Part shown: positions 1 through 8,494 of the stretch, one piece after another
Numbering within the stretch: the first letter of the stretch is position 1
Layout: every line of letters begins with the position of its first letter
Assembly: GCA_937949945.1 (NCBI GenBank)
Contig: CALFEQ010000194.1
Span: 96,620 to 128,619, forward strand
Direction of reading: 5' to 3'
DNA from: an uncultured Myxococcales bacterium
Lineage (GTDB): Bacteria; Myxococcota_A; Polyangia; Polyangiales; Polyangiaceae
DNA: 32,000 nt
The notes under the pieces: model-generated
What the model saw: only the letters and a program-made list of their open reading frames with translations
The model's database searches: none
Told to the model about the DNA's origin: nothing
Made by a program: the position numbers and the translations under genes

Positions 1-701
1 CGGACAACTTCGACGACATGGTCGAGCACGCGCTCTCCACGGGCGCAGAGCCGGACTCGATGGTGGAGCACGCGGTGATCATCAACCCGGACGGCCCGCC
101 GCAGGCCGATCGATCCGGTCCGGCCACGCGAGCGACGATCGAGAGCGAGCCGCCGACGATGCTGGACGAGGAGGCAGCGCCGCCGGTGCCCGACGAGTCC
201 GCCCCCGCGCGCTCGGGACCGTCGCTGTCCCGTGACCCGTCGAAGCCGCCCGCGTCGGACGGCGGCAGCCTCGCGCGCCGACTGGCGGAGCTCGCGAAGG
301 AGGTCCTCCAAGCGGCGGACGACGCCGCGCTCGCGCGATGGGCCGACGGCCTTCCTCCGGCCGGCGAGAGCGCCGCGTTCACGGGACGTATGCGCGCGAT
401 GGAGCAGCTCGGCCGCGGAGACATCGGCGATGCGCTGCGCGTCCTCCGCCGAACGCGCGCGCAGCTCGATCCATCGGATCACCGCCGCCGCTGCCAGACG
501 TCGCTCGCGCTCGCCGTCGCCCTCAGCGTCGCCGGCCGCCCGCAGGAGGCTCTGCTCGAGGGCCTCGACGCCCTCGCGCGCGCCCGCCAGGTCGGCGACG
601 ACCGCGGCGCGAAGGCGTGCCTCGCGTTCCTCGCGAAGCTCTATTCGTCCGTCTCGCGCGACGAGGAAGCAGAGTTGCTGCGAGCTCGGTCGATGAGCTG
701 A
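1..701 (+). CDS. hypothetical protein, C-terminal part (5' end lies outside the window)
   Basis: The frame of ORF 18..701 stays open back to the window edge (..DNFDDMVEH..). Third codon positions are GC-rich. The C-terminal half is Ala/Leu/Arg-rich, helical and TPR-like. No catalytic motif was recognised. Confidence 0.5.
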   Translation, partial: DNFDDMVEHALSTGAEPDSMVEHAVIINPDGPPQADRSGPATRATIESEPPTMLDEEAAPPVPDESAPARSGPSLSRDPSKPPASDGGSLARRLAELAKEVLQAADDAALARWADGLPPAGESAAFTGRMRAMEQLGRGDIGDALRVLRRTRAQLDPSDHRRRCQTSLALAVALSVAGRPQEALLEGLDALARARQVGDDRGAKACLAFLAKLYSSVSRDEEAELLRARSMS

Positions 702-707
702 CGCACC

Positions 708-1760
708 TTACTCCGAGGCCTTCTCCTCCGGCGGCCTCTCTTCCCAGGCCTCTCGGAGAATCTCGGCGACCGCTTCGTAGAGCGCCTCTGGGATCTCGTC
801 GCCGACCTCGAGCTCTATCAGGGCGCGTGCGAGCGGGACGTCGCGGAGGACCGGGACGCCGTAGTGATGGGCCGCTTCGACGATGCGCCTCGCCAGGTCG
901 CCACGGCCGGAGGCGACGACGACGGGGGCCTCGTCGCCTTCGCTCTCGTCGTACTTCAGGGCGCACGCGATGTGGGTGGGGTTCACGACGACCACGCTCG
1001 CGTTTCGGACGTTGGCGATCGTCGCGGCGGCGAGCATCTCGTGATGCGCGCGCTCGCGCGCCGCCTTCTGTTGCGGATCTCCCTCGCTCTCCTTGTGCTC
1101 ACGCTTGACCTCCTCCTTCGACATCATGAGGCGTTTGCGCCAGGAGCGGCGCGTGACGACGATGTCGAGGACGGCGAGGAAGAGGCCGACGACCGCCGCC
1201 TTCTTCGCGACGTCGATCGCCACCGTCGTCGCGACGACGATGGCGGCGTCGAGGCGGCCCGCCACGCGGGCGAGCGACGGCGCGTGCTCGCGGAACGCGC
1301 CATGGACGATCCACGCGACGGCGGCCGCGAAGAGCGCGGCGCGTAGCACGGCCACGAGGCGCTGCGCCGAGACGAGGCGCTTCATCCCCTCGATCGGGTC
1401 GAGCTTGTTCAGGCTCGGGACGAGCTTCTTCGTCGCGATCACTCCGCCGGTCTGCACGACGGACGCGACCGCGCCCGAGACGCCCGCCGCCGCGAGGATC
1501 GGCGCCGCGAGGACGAGGACGGAGGAGGCGAGGGAGCTCGGATCGAAGCGGATCTCGGGCGAGGCGTCCCCCGCGCGCGCGATCGCGGCGCGGAGCTCGG
1601 TGCCCGCGGTCGCCGCGAGCGCCGCGACGGCCGACGGTGCGATCGCGACGGCGCAGAGGAAGGCGATCGACTGGCTCGCGAAGACGCTGAGCGGGCTGTC
1701 GCCTTCCTCCTGCGCCTTTCGGATCCGCTTTGGTGTCGGCTCCTCCGTCTTGTCGCTCAC
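708..1760 (-). CDS. sctU: type III secretion export-apparatus switch protein, FlhB/SctU (YscU/EscU) family, full length
   Basis: The N-terminus MSDKTEEPTPKRIRKAQEEGDSP is typical of the family. Four hydrophobic helices follow. The NPTH autocleavage motif is present (VVVNPTHIACALKY), as is the cytoplasmic C-domain (VPVLRDVPLARAL). The GTG start overlaps the obg stop (GTGA). Confidence 0.8.
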   Translation of the reverse strand: MSDKTEEPTPKRIRKAQEEGDSPLSVFASQSIAFLCAVAIAPSAVAALAATAGTELRAAIARAGDASPEIRFDPSSLASSVLVLAAPILAAAGVSGAVASVVQTGGVIATKKLVPSLNKLDPIEGMKRLVSAQRLVAVLRAALFAAAVAWIVHGAFREHAPSLARVAGRLDAAIVVATTVAIDVAKKAAVVGLFLAVLDIVVTRRSWRKRLMMSKEEVKREHKESEGDPQQKAARERAHHEMLAAATIANVRNASVVVVNPTHIACALKYDESEGDEAPVVVASGRGDLARRIVEAAHHYGVPVLRDVPLARALIELEVGDEIPEALYEAVAEILREAWEERPPEEKASE

Positions 1761-3352
1761 GCTCGTCTCTTCGCAGGCCTCTTCGACGACCTCTTGGTGG
1801 AGGCCGTCCGGGTGGACGTCTTCGCCTTCGTCTTCTTCGGCGTCGCCTTCTTCTTGCTCGCCTTCTTGGTCGTCTTCGAGGTCTTCGCCTTGGCCTTGGC
1901 CTTCGCGCGGGCCTTGGCCTTCGCTTTCTTGGCCTTGGCCTTGGTCTTGGCGTTGGCTTTCGCTTTCGTCTTGGCCTTGGCCTTGGTCTTGGTCTTGGTC
2001 TTGGCTTTCGCTTTCGTCTTGGCCTTGGTCTTCGCGGCTTTCGCCTTGGCCTTCGTCTTCGCCTTCGGGCTCTTCGTCTTCGCCTTCGTCTTCTTCGCTT
2101 CCTCGACCGGCTCCTCCTCCTTCGGCTCGCCCTCGGGCGCGCTCTCTTCCATCGGCCCAGCCTCGGTCGCGGTTGCGGACTTTTTCTCCTCGGCCGTCGT
2201 TTCCTCTCCCTCTGCGAGCTCCTCCTGATCGGTCGGGGCGTCGGGCGCCGCATCGGGCGACGCCTCTCGTCCGACGGACGGCGTCGTCTCCGCTCGAGCC
2301 GGCGCGGCGGCAGGCGGCTGCGGCGCAGGGAGCTCCCAGTCCTCGAGCTCGGACTTGCCGGTCACGAGCTTGTAGAGGTCGATCGTGAGGTCACGCACGC
2401 CCTCGCCGGTGACGGCCGAGATCAGCCGGATGGGGATGCCGCGCTCGGCGAACTGGGCGGAGACGCGAGGAAACGCCTCCCGAACCTCGGGCAGGTCGGC
2501 CTTCGTCATCGCGACGATCTGCGGTCGCTTGGCGAGCTCGGGATCGAAGCGCTCGAGCTCGTTCATGAGGGCGTCGTAGTCGGCGAGCGGGTCGCGATTC
2601 TCGTCGAAGTCGAGCGTCACGAGGTGGAGCAGCGCGCGCGTGCGCTCGACGTGCTTGAGGAAGCGATGCCCGAGGCCCGCTCCGTCCGCCGCGCCCGGGA
2701 TGAGCCCCGGGATGTCGGCGATCACCATCGTGGCCTCGTCACCGATGCGCACGACGCCGAGGTGGGGTGTGAGCGTCGTGAAGGGGTAGTCCGCGACCTT
2801 CGGGCGGGCGCGCGAGACGGCGCGGATGAACGTCGACTTCCCGACGTTCGGGAAGCCGAGGAGGCCGACGTCGGCCATGACCTTCAGCTCGAGCCGGAGC
2901 TTCTTCTCCTCGCCGGGCTCGCCCGGCTCGGCTCGTCGCGGCGCACGATCGTAGGGCGTCGCGAAGTGGATGTTGCCGCGGCCGCCCTTGCCGCCCTTCG
3001 CGACGACGACGCGCATCCCCGGCCGATCGATGTCGTAGAGGAGCTCGTTCGTCTCGCGGTCGAAGACCTGCGTGCCGACGGGGACGCGGACGACGAGGTC
3101 GTCCGCGCCACGGCCGTACATGTCCTTGCCCTGACCATGCTCGCCGTTGGCGGCACGGAGCGTGCGCGCATACGTGAGATCGGAGAGCGTGGAGAGCCCT
3201 TCGTCGGCGACGAACACGACGTCGCCGCCTTTGCCGCCGTCGCCGCCGGATGGGCCACCGAACGGCACGTACTTCTCGCGGCGGAACGCGATCGCTCCGT
3301 TGCCGCCCTTACCGGCGATCACGTCCACATCACATGAGTCGACGAACTTCAC
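1757..3352 (-). CDS. obg: GTPase Obg/CgtA with a long acidic plus Lys/Ala/Thr-rich C-terminal extension
   Basis: The Obg fold N-terminus is present (MKFVDSCDVDVIAGKGGNGAIAFRREKYVPFGGPSGGDGGKGGDV). GTPase motifs are GFPNVGKST, DIPGLI and TKAD. At 531 aa it is much longer than typical Obg proteins because of the tail. Confidence 0.95.
   Translation of the reverse strand: MKFVDSCDVDVIAGKGGNGAIAFRREKYVPFGGPSGGDGGKGGDVVFVADEGLSTLSDLTYARTLRAANGEHGQGKDMYGRGADDLVVRVPVGTQVFDRETNELLYDIDRPGMRVVVAKGGKGGRGNIHFATPYDRAPRRAEPGEPGEEKKLRLELKVMADVGLLGFPNVGKSTFIRAVSRARPKVADYPFTTLTPHLGVVRIGDEATMVIADIPGLIPGAADGAGLGHRFLKHVERTRALLHLVTLDFDENRDPLADYDALMNELERFDPELAKRPQIVAMTKADLPEVREAFPRVSAQFAERGIPIRLISAVTGEGVRDLTIDLYKLVTGKSELEDWELPAPQPPAAAPARAETTPSVGREASPDAAPDAPTDQEELAEGEETTAEEKKSATATEAGPMEESAPEGEPKEEEPVEEAKKTKAKTKSPKAKTKAKAKAAKTKAKTKAKAKTKTKTKAKAKTKAKANAKTKAKAKKAKAKARAKAKAKAKTSKTTKKASKKKATPKKTKAKTSTRTASTKRSSKRPAKRRA
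1860..2100 (-). repeat. in-frame 6/12-nt periodic tract encoding the (KAKT/KAKA)n tail of Obg
   Basis: The plus strand reads gccttggccttggtcttggc... many times. Translation gives KAKTKAKAKAAKTKAKTKAKAKTKTKTKAKAKTKAKANAKTKAKAKKAKAKARAKAKAKAK. Confidence 0.8.
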
Positions 3353-3581
3353 GGGAGCGCGATACTAGTGCCTCGTTTCCATCGAAGCGAGGGGGCATCG
3401 GCTCGATGCTCGCGGAGCGCGAGGGCGCCTCGCGGCTCGGCGTGCGTCAATGGGGCGCGAGGCGTTTCTCCCCTGAAGATCCATCGATTCGGTACAATCG
3501 GACGCCTCGTCGGCCGACCGCCGCTCGTTCGTCGCCGGCGAGCACGAGCGGCACGCTCGCCCACGAAGGCTCCGTCTCGCG

Positions 3582-4451
3582 ATGAAGATCCACCACCTCA
3601 ACCTCTGCACGATGTGTCCTTTCGGGGGTCGGCTCCTCTCCGGGGGAGCGACGCCGGTGTACGGGGCCGCCGAGCTCGTCGTGCACGCGCTGCTCGTGGA
3701 GACGGACCGCGACGGGCTCGTGCTCGTCGACACCGGAATCGGCCTCGAGGACGTCCGCTCCCCGCTCCGCCGGCTCGGTGCAGGCTTCGTGGCGCTGACG
3801 CGGCCGAGGCTGCGCGAGGAAGACACGGCCGTGCGGACGATCGAGCGGCTCGGGTTCTCGCGCCGTGACGTACGGCACATCGTCGTCACGCACCTCGACC
3901 TCGATCACGCGGGCGGCATCCCCGACTTCCCGGAGGCGACCGTTCACGTGTACCGGCGCGAGCACGAAGCGGCGACGCGCCCGCGCACGGCCAGCGAGCG
4001 GAGGCGGTACCGGAAGAAGCATTTCGAGGGCGCGCGGTGGAAGCTCTACGACGACGGCGGTGACACGTGGTTCGGGCTCCAGGGCCTGCGCGTGATCGCG
4101 GACGAGGTCGTGCTCGTCCCGCTGCCCGGCCATACGCGCGGGCACTGCGCCGTCGGCGTGCGGGTCGACGAGCCGGCCGGCCCCGAGTGGCTCCTCCACG
4201 CCGGCGACGCCTACTTCTTCCACCTCGAGAAGGAGGACCCGGAGTGCTGCCCGCCGCTCCTCAAGGCCTTCCAGCGCGCGGTGGCCGTCGACGACGCCGA
4301 GCGGCGCGCGAACGCGAAGCGCCTCCGCGAGCTGTACCGGAAGCACGGGCGCAAGGTACGCGTCTTCTCGGCGCACGATCCGACCGAGTACCGCGCGCTC
4401 GCCGCCATCCAGCGCGACCGCAGCGAGCCGCGCGTGGCGGTCGGGAGCTGA
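3582..4451 (+). CDS. MBL-fold metallo-hydrolase
   Basis: An HxHxDH-type motif is present (VVTHLDLDHAGG). Downstream metal ligands are PLPGHTRGH and SAHD. The length of 289 aa is typical. Confidence 0.8.
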   Translation: MKIHHLNLCTMCPFGGRLLSGGATPVYGAAELVVHALLVETDRDGLVLVDTGIGLEDVRSPLRRLGAGFVALTRPRLREEDTAVRTIERLGFSRRDVRHIVVTHLDLDHAGGIPDFPEATVHVYRREHEAATRPRTASERRRYRKKHFEGARWKLYDDGGDTWFGLQGLRVIADEVVLVPLPGHTRGHCAVGVRVDEPAGPEWLLHAGDAYFFHLEKEDPECCPPLLKAFQRAVAVDDAERRANAKRLRELYRKHGRKVRVFSAHDPTEYRALAAIQRDRSEPRVAVGS

Positions 4452-4472
4452 GCGGTCACCGAGCCCAGGCGG

Positions 4473-5327
4473 TCACTGGATCGAGAACGTGACGCGCCCC
4501 GATCCGGCGTTGTCCGGGGGCAGCCCGGCTCCGTCCACGAACACGTAGTATCGCTTGCCCGCTTCGACGGGGAAGGTCAGCGTCTCGCCGCCGACCGAGC
4601 CGTTGTCGTTGACGCATGCGAGCCACTTGATGGAGTCCGCGGCGCACTCGTCGGAGACGTAGAGGAAGCTGTTGTAGTCGACGTCCTCGGTGCGCACCGT
4701 CATCGTCCCCGTGGCGTGCGCCACGACCGAGAAGATGCGGTCCGGCGCGGCCGCTCCGCTCGTCGGATTCGGGCCGCCGGTGCAGTTCGGGCTGACGCTC
4801 CGATTCCCCGAGCCCGTCGTCTGGACGACGATGGAGGGGCGGTGCTCCCCGCCCCAGACGTGCACGTCGATCCCGGGGCACGCGTTGCTCCTGGCGGGCG
4901 CGATGCCGGCGAGCTTGCAGCTCGAGTTGCAGCCGTCGGTCTCGTCCGAGTTCCCGTCGTCGCAGTCTTCTCCGTCCTGGACGACGGCATCTCCGCACTC
5001 CGCTTTCGACGGCGCACCGGAGTCGCGCTGAGGACGCTCGCCGTCGATCGGGTCGTGAGGCTCGAACGGATCGTCCGGATCGAACGGAATCTCGGGGTTG
5101 TCGAACGACTCGCACGGCTCGCAGGGCCCGAAGCTCTGGCCGTCTTCCTTGCAGAGCTTCGTGCCCTCCGACCGATCCTGGCACCGGCAGAAGACGTATT
5201 GGCCGGGCGTGCAGAGCTTCTCCTCCTTGGCCTTCGGCGACGTCGCGCAGGCGATCAAGACGGTGGCGGCGATGGCGGCGGCGCCGAGGGCGCTCGAAGC
5301 ACGAGAAACGAGGGGAGGGAAGAACAT
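4473..5327 (-). CDS. secreted lipoprotein: N-terminal Cys module + one myxobacterial Cys-rich repeat + PPC-like beta-sandwich
   Basis: The signal peptide has the lipobox LIAC. It carries a CTPGQYVFCRCQDRSEGTKLCKEDGQSFGPCEPC module and the repeat CGDAVVQDGEDCDDGNSDETDGCNSSC. The C-terminus (YYVFVDGAG...GRVTFSIQ) resembles a pre-peptidase C-terminal domain. It is a paralog of the next gene. Confidence 0.75.
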   Translation of the reverse strand: MFFPPLVSRASSALGAAAIAATVLIACATSPKAKEEKLCTPGQYVFCRCQDRSEGTKLCKEDGQSFGPCEPCESFDNPEIPFDPDDPFEPHDPIDGERPQRDSGAPSKAECGDAVVQDGEDCDDGNSDETDGCNSSCKLAGIAPARSNACPGIDVHVWGGEHRPSIVVQTTGSGNRSVSPNCTGGPNPTSGAAAPDRIFSVVAHATGTMTVRTEDVDYNSFLYVSDECAADSIKWLACVNDNGSVGGETLTFPVEAGKRYYVFVDGAGLPPDNAGSGRVTFSIQ

Positions 5328-5343
5328 GATGAGGTCGACGCTG

Positions 5344-6585
5344 CTACTCGAGCTCGAAGCTTATCGTGTAGTCCCCCTTGTTGCTCGTCACGCCGCCTCC
5401 GTCGACGGCGACCCAGATCTTCTGGTTCGCGGTCACACTGACCGTGAGCCTCTCGGGGCTGCTGCTCACGCCGAAGTCGTTCACGCACATGGCGGCCGTC
5501 ATCGTCGACGGATCGTCGCAGCTTCGGCGCGCCGTGAGCATGAAGTTCGTCGCAGTCGCCGGCGTGACCGTCACGACCATCGTCCCCGACGCGTGCGGGG
5601 TGACCTCGTAGACGTGGTCCTGATAGGCGTTCGAGAAGTCCTTGTCGCACGCCGCGGAAGGCTTGTTCCACGCGTTGCCGTAGGCCGCGGTCGATCCCGT
5701 GCCGGTCACGACCTGGCCCGGCCAGAGGTGGAGCGGGTGGCCCGGACAGCCGCCGCCGCTCGGCGGGTTGCCGTTCACCTTGCGGCAGTCGTTCGAGCAC
5801 CCGTCGTCGTCCGTCTTGTTGCCGTCGTCGCAGGCCTCGCCCTCGTCGATCTGTCCGTCGCCACAGAACGACCTCGTCGTGAGCTTCGCCGTGACGACGT
5901 ACTTGCCCGTCGAGCCGGACGCGCCGTCGATGACGAGATAGTAGCTCTTGCCGGTCACGACGTTCGTCTTGAGCTGCGCCGTCGATTGTGCCGTCGGCGG
6001 GGCGCACGCGACCTGCGCCTCCGCGTCGTCGCAGGTCGTGCGGATGTACGCGAGCGGGTTCAGGCCGTCGGACCCTTTCACTTGGATCTCGAGCGAGCCG
6101 CTCCCGGACGGGATGAGCCGGTAGACGTGGTCGTTCGCGCCGGCGCCGACGGCGCATGCTCCCGACCTGCCCTCGCGATCGCTCGTCGCCTTCGAGGTGT
6201 CGCCTTCGATCTTCAGCTCCACGTTGGGCAGGACGGCCGTCGACTTGCCGGGGCACTCGTTCTCCGCGTCGAGCGGCTCTTCTTTGCCGGGCTCGTAGTC
6301 GTCGGGCGGCGGGATGATCTCCTCGTTCGTCCGCTCGTCCGGGATCTCGCCGCCGCGGCACTCGCCGTTCTCGCTCGTCTGGCACGGCTCGAACGACTTG
6401 CCGTCCGGCTTGCACAGCTTCGTGCCCTCGGTGCGGTCGGCGCATCGGCAGAAGACGTAGGCGCCCGGCGTGCACAGCCGCTCTTCCTTGACCGGGCGCT
6501 CCTCGCCGAGCAGCGCGCAGCCTTGCGCCGCGATCAGGACGATCCCGAACGCCGCGACCGTTCCGAACAACCTACCGAGCCTCAT
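5344..6585 (-). CDS. secreted lipoprotein: N-terminal Cys module + PPC-like domain + Cys-rich repeat + second PPC-like domain
   Basis: The ORF runs 5344..6603. The preferred start is the second Met (MRLGRLFGTVAAFGIVLIAAQGC), which gives a lipoprotein signal. It carries CTPGAYVFCRCADRTEGTKLCKPDGKSFEPC and CGDGQIDEGEACDDGNKTDDDGCSNDC, plus two PPC-like endings (YYLVIDGASGSTGKYVVTAKL and WVAVDGGG...GDYTISFELE). Confidence 0.75.
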   Translation of the reverse strand: MRLGRLFGTVAAFGIVLIAAQGCALLGEERPVKEERLCTPGAYVFCRCADRTEGTKLCKPDGKSFEPCQTSENGECRGGEIPDERTNEEIIPPPDDYEPGKEEPLDAENECPGKSTAVLPNVELKIEGDTSKATSDREGRSGACAVGAGANDHVYRLIPSGSGSLEIQVKGSDGLNPLAYIRTTCDDAEAQVACAPPTAQSTAQLKTNVVTGKSYYLVIDGASGSTGKYVVTAKLTTRSFCGDGQIDEGEACDDGNKTDDDGCSNDCRKVNGNPPSGGGCPGHPLHLWPGQVVTGTGSTAAYGNAWNKPSAACDKDFSNAYQDHVYEVTPHASGTMVVTVTPATATNFMLTARRSCDDPSTMTAAMCVNDFGVSSSPERLTVSVTANQKIWVAVDGGGVTSNKGDYTISFELE

Positions 6586-7531
6586 CCCACCCTCCGAGCG
6601 CACCGGCTTGTGCCGGTGGGTCCACCCTCTTCGACGATGCGTCGATACGGGGCGAAGCCTTCCGCCGACGCGCGCGCGCGGCGAGGAGCCCCGAGCCGAC
6701 GATGATCCCCGCCACGCCGTAGGACGCTCCGGCGCCCGGCTGGATCGAGCACACCGTGGCCGGCTCGGGATCGTCGCAGCGCGGGCCGAAGCCGCCGCGC
6801 GGCTCCGTGTTGCACGGCGCGTCCGACGTCGACGGGTAGATCGCGCACACGGCCTCGATGTCGTCGGGGTGGAGCTCCCTCTGCGTGATCGAGCCGGGCG
6901 CGTACGACGGGTACATGACCGCGCCAGGGTGGGGCGAATGCGCGATGCCGATGAAGTGGCCGACCTCGTGCGTGAGGATCGCCTGGAGGTCGTACTGGAC
7001 CTTCGCCGGATCGTCCGTGATCGTGACGGTGTTGTTGGCCGTGTTGATCTCGATGTCGGCGTCGTAGATCTCGCCGGTCTCGTCGTTGTACGTGACGCTC
7101 GTCTTGGCGAGCGTGCCGTCGATTCCGCGGTACTTCCAGTCGTCGTCCTGGAAGAGGACGACGTTCACGTTCGGACCGTTCTTGTTGTATTGGCTCTTCT
7201 TGCACGGGACAGGCTCGCGCTCCTGGAACGTCATCTTCGCGATCGTCCCGTCCGGGCATTGGACGTCGCTCCACGCGAGGAACGTCTTCTTGATGACGGC
7301 GCGCGCGTCGGCCGGATCGAGATCCTGCGTGCCGAGCCGGTTCATCGCGTAGCTGACGCACGACGTGGGCCAGAACAGCTTTGCGCCTTCGATCGGGCAG
7401 CCGTCCTCGTCGGTGGCGCACTCCTTCTGGGGGGTGGAGCGGCACGTCGTCGATCGGCAGAACGCGGACGCTTCGCCCGCGGAGACGAGCAAGCCCAGCG
7501 CGAGACAGGCCGAGACGAGGAAGCGGGACAT
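6572..7531 (-). CDS. secreted zinc metalloprotease, matrixin (M10)-like, with MYXO-CTERM-like hydrophobic/basic tail
   Basis: The signal peptide ends ..SAGEASA. The zinc motif is HEVGHFIGIAHSPHPGAVMYP (HExxHxxGxxH plus Met-turn). The C-terminus reads CSIQPGAGASYGVAGIIVGSGLLAARARRRK. The stop overlaps the start of the next gene by about 14 nt, consistent with an operon. Confidence 0.85.
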   Translation of the reverse strand: MSRFLVSACLALGLLVSAGEASAFCRSTTCRSTPQKECATDEDGCPIEGAKLFWPTSCVSYAMNRLGTQDLDPADARAVIKKTFLAWSDVQCPDGTIAKMTFQEREPVPCKKSQYNKNGPNVNVVLFQDDDWKYRGIDGTLAKTSVTYNDETGEIYDADIEINTANNTVTITDDPAKVQYDLQAILTHEVGHFIGIAHSPHPGAVMYPSYAPGSITQRELHPDDIEAVCAIYPSTSDAPCNTEPRGGFGPRCDDPEPATVCSIQPGAGASYGVAGIIVGSGLLAARARRRKASPRIDASSKRVDPPAQAGALGGWDEAR

Positions 7532-8000
7532 CGGTCCTCTCCGAGCCCGAGTGCACGTCCGATGCCAGTGTATGACAAGGTGGTCGGCCCGCGGGCTCGG
7601 CGAAATCAGCCCTCATTCTATCGCCGGCGGACGACGTCGTCGTCCCGCAGACCGGGTCCTGGATGAACGGCGATCCACCGCGGCCGCGTGCTCGTGTGCC
7701 GTTCGCGGAGGATGTTCATCGAGGGCGACGAGGCCACGCGAGAGGAGAGGGGGAGCGGTTGGAGCGTCGCCTCGTCGCCTCGATGTCTGCCCTGGTCCTT
7801 GCGTGGAGCGTGCCGAGCTCGGCGCCGCTTTTCGCTGCGGTTCGTCTCCGGCGTTCGTCGCGCGTATCGGCGCGACGAGACTGGGATCGTCGGGCGGAGC
7901 GCGGGGACTGCGGGCGAACGGTCTCAGGGGCCTCGTGCATCCATCTCACCTGGTCGTGTTTTCCGCGGTCGGACTACGATGGGAGATCGTGGTGCGCTCC

Positions 8001-8408
8001 ATGATCGGTCACGGATCGTTCGTCCTGGTCTCGACGGTCTTCGTTCTCGGTTGCGCACGATCGACGGCGGACGCTCGCGGAAGCGACGACGCGGGCGCTG
8101 CGACGACGCGTACGACGAGCGCGACGACGCGCATCGCGAGCTGCGAGCGGACCGCCGTCACGGGCACGTGCTCGGAGTACGCGGGCAACCACCTCGCGAA
8201 GAACGAGGTCTTCCTCGCATCGAGCTGCGCGAAGCTCGGCGGCACCTTCGTCTACGCCGAGTGCCCCAACACCTCCGTCATCGGAGACTGCACGCTCTCC
8301 ACGAGCGAGGTCCGGAAGTTCTACGGCACCGGTGCGTCGGCCTGGGATCCGGAGCGCGCTCGGAGCGAGTGCACGGGAGCGCTCGGTGGCTCGTGGCAGC
8401 CACGTTGA
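8001..8408 (+). CDS. small Cys-containing lipoprotein (hypothetical)
   Basis: Only the 3' part of ORF 7365..8408 looks coding. MIGHGSFVLVSTVFVLGC provides a signal and lipobox. GGGAGA lies upstream. An in-frame GTG at 7992 is an alternative start. Confidence 0.6.
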   Translation: MIGHGSFVLVSTVFVLGCARSTADARGSDDAGAATTRTTSATTRIASCERTAVTGTCSEYAGNHLAKNEVFLASSCAKLGGTFVYAECPNTSVIGDCTLSTSEVRKFYGTGASAWDPERARSECTGALGGSWQPR

Positions 8409-8494
8409 GCTCGGACGAAGTTGGGAAGAGCGGAGGCGGTTCTCCGGTTTCTAGCTCTGGCAGCCCGCGCGGACTTCACGAGCGCTCGTTCGTT

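Noticed and set aside
708-3352. A type III secretion or flagellar gene cluster.
   Set aside because: Only the SctU/FlhB homolog is present. Its neighbours are obg and an unrelated convergent gene, so no system can be called from this window.
7532-8000. The 5' two-thirds of ORF 7365..8408, and the overlapping ORFs 7663..8004 and 7688..8695, as possible genes in the 470-nt gap upstream of the matrixin gene.
   Set aside because: The translations are Arg/Ser-rich without coding bias. Only the segment from ~7992/8001 onward has lipoprotein features. The gap is treated as a divergent promoter region.
8449-8470. Sigma54-type promoter look-alike (CTGGCAGCCCGCGCGG).
   Set aside because: It has the TGGCA element but lacks the TTGC(A/T) -12 element at the correct spacing.
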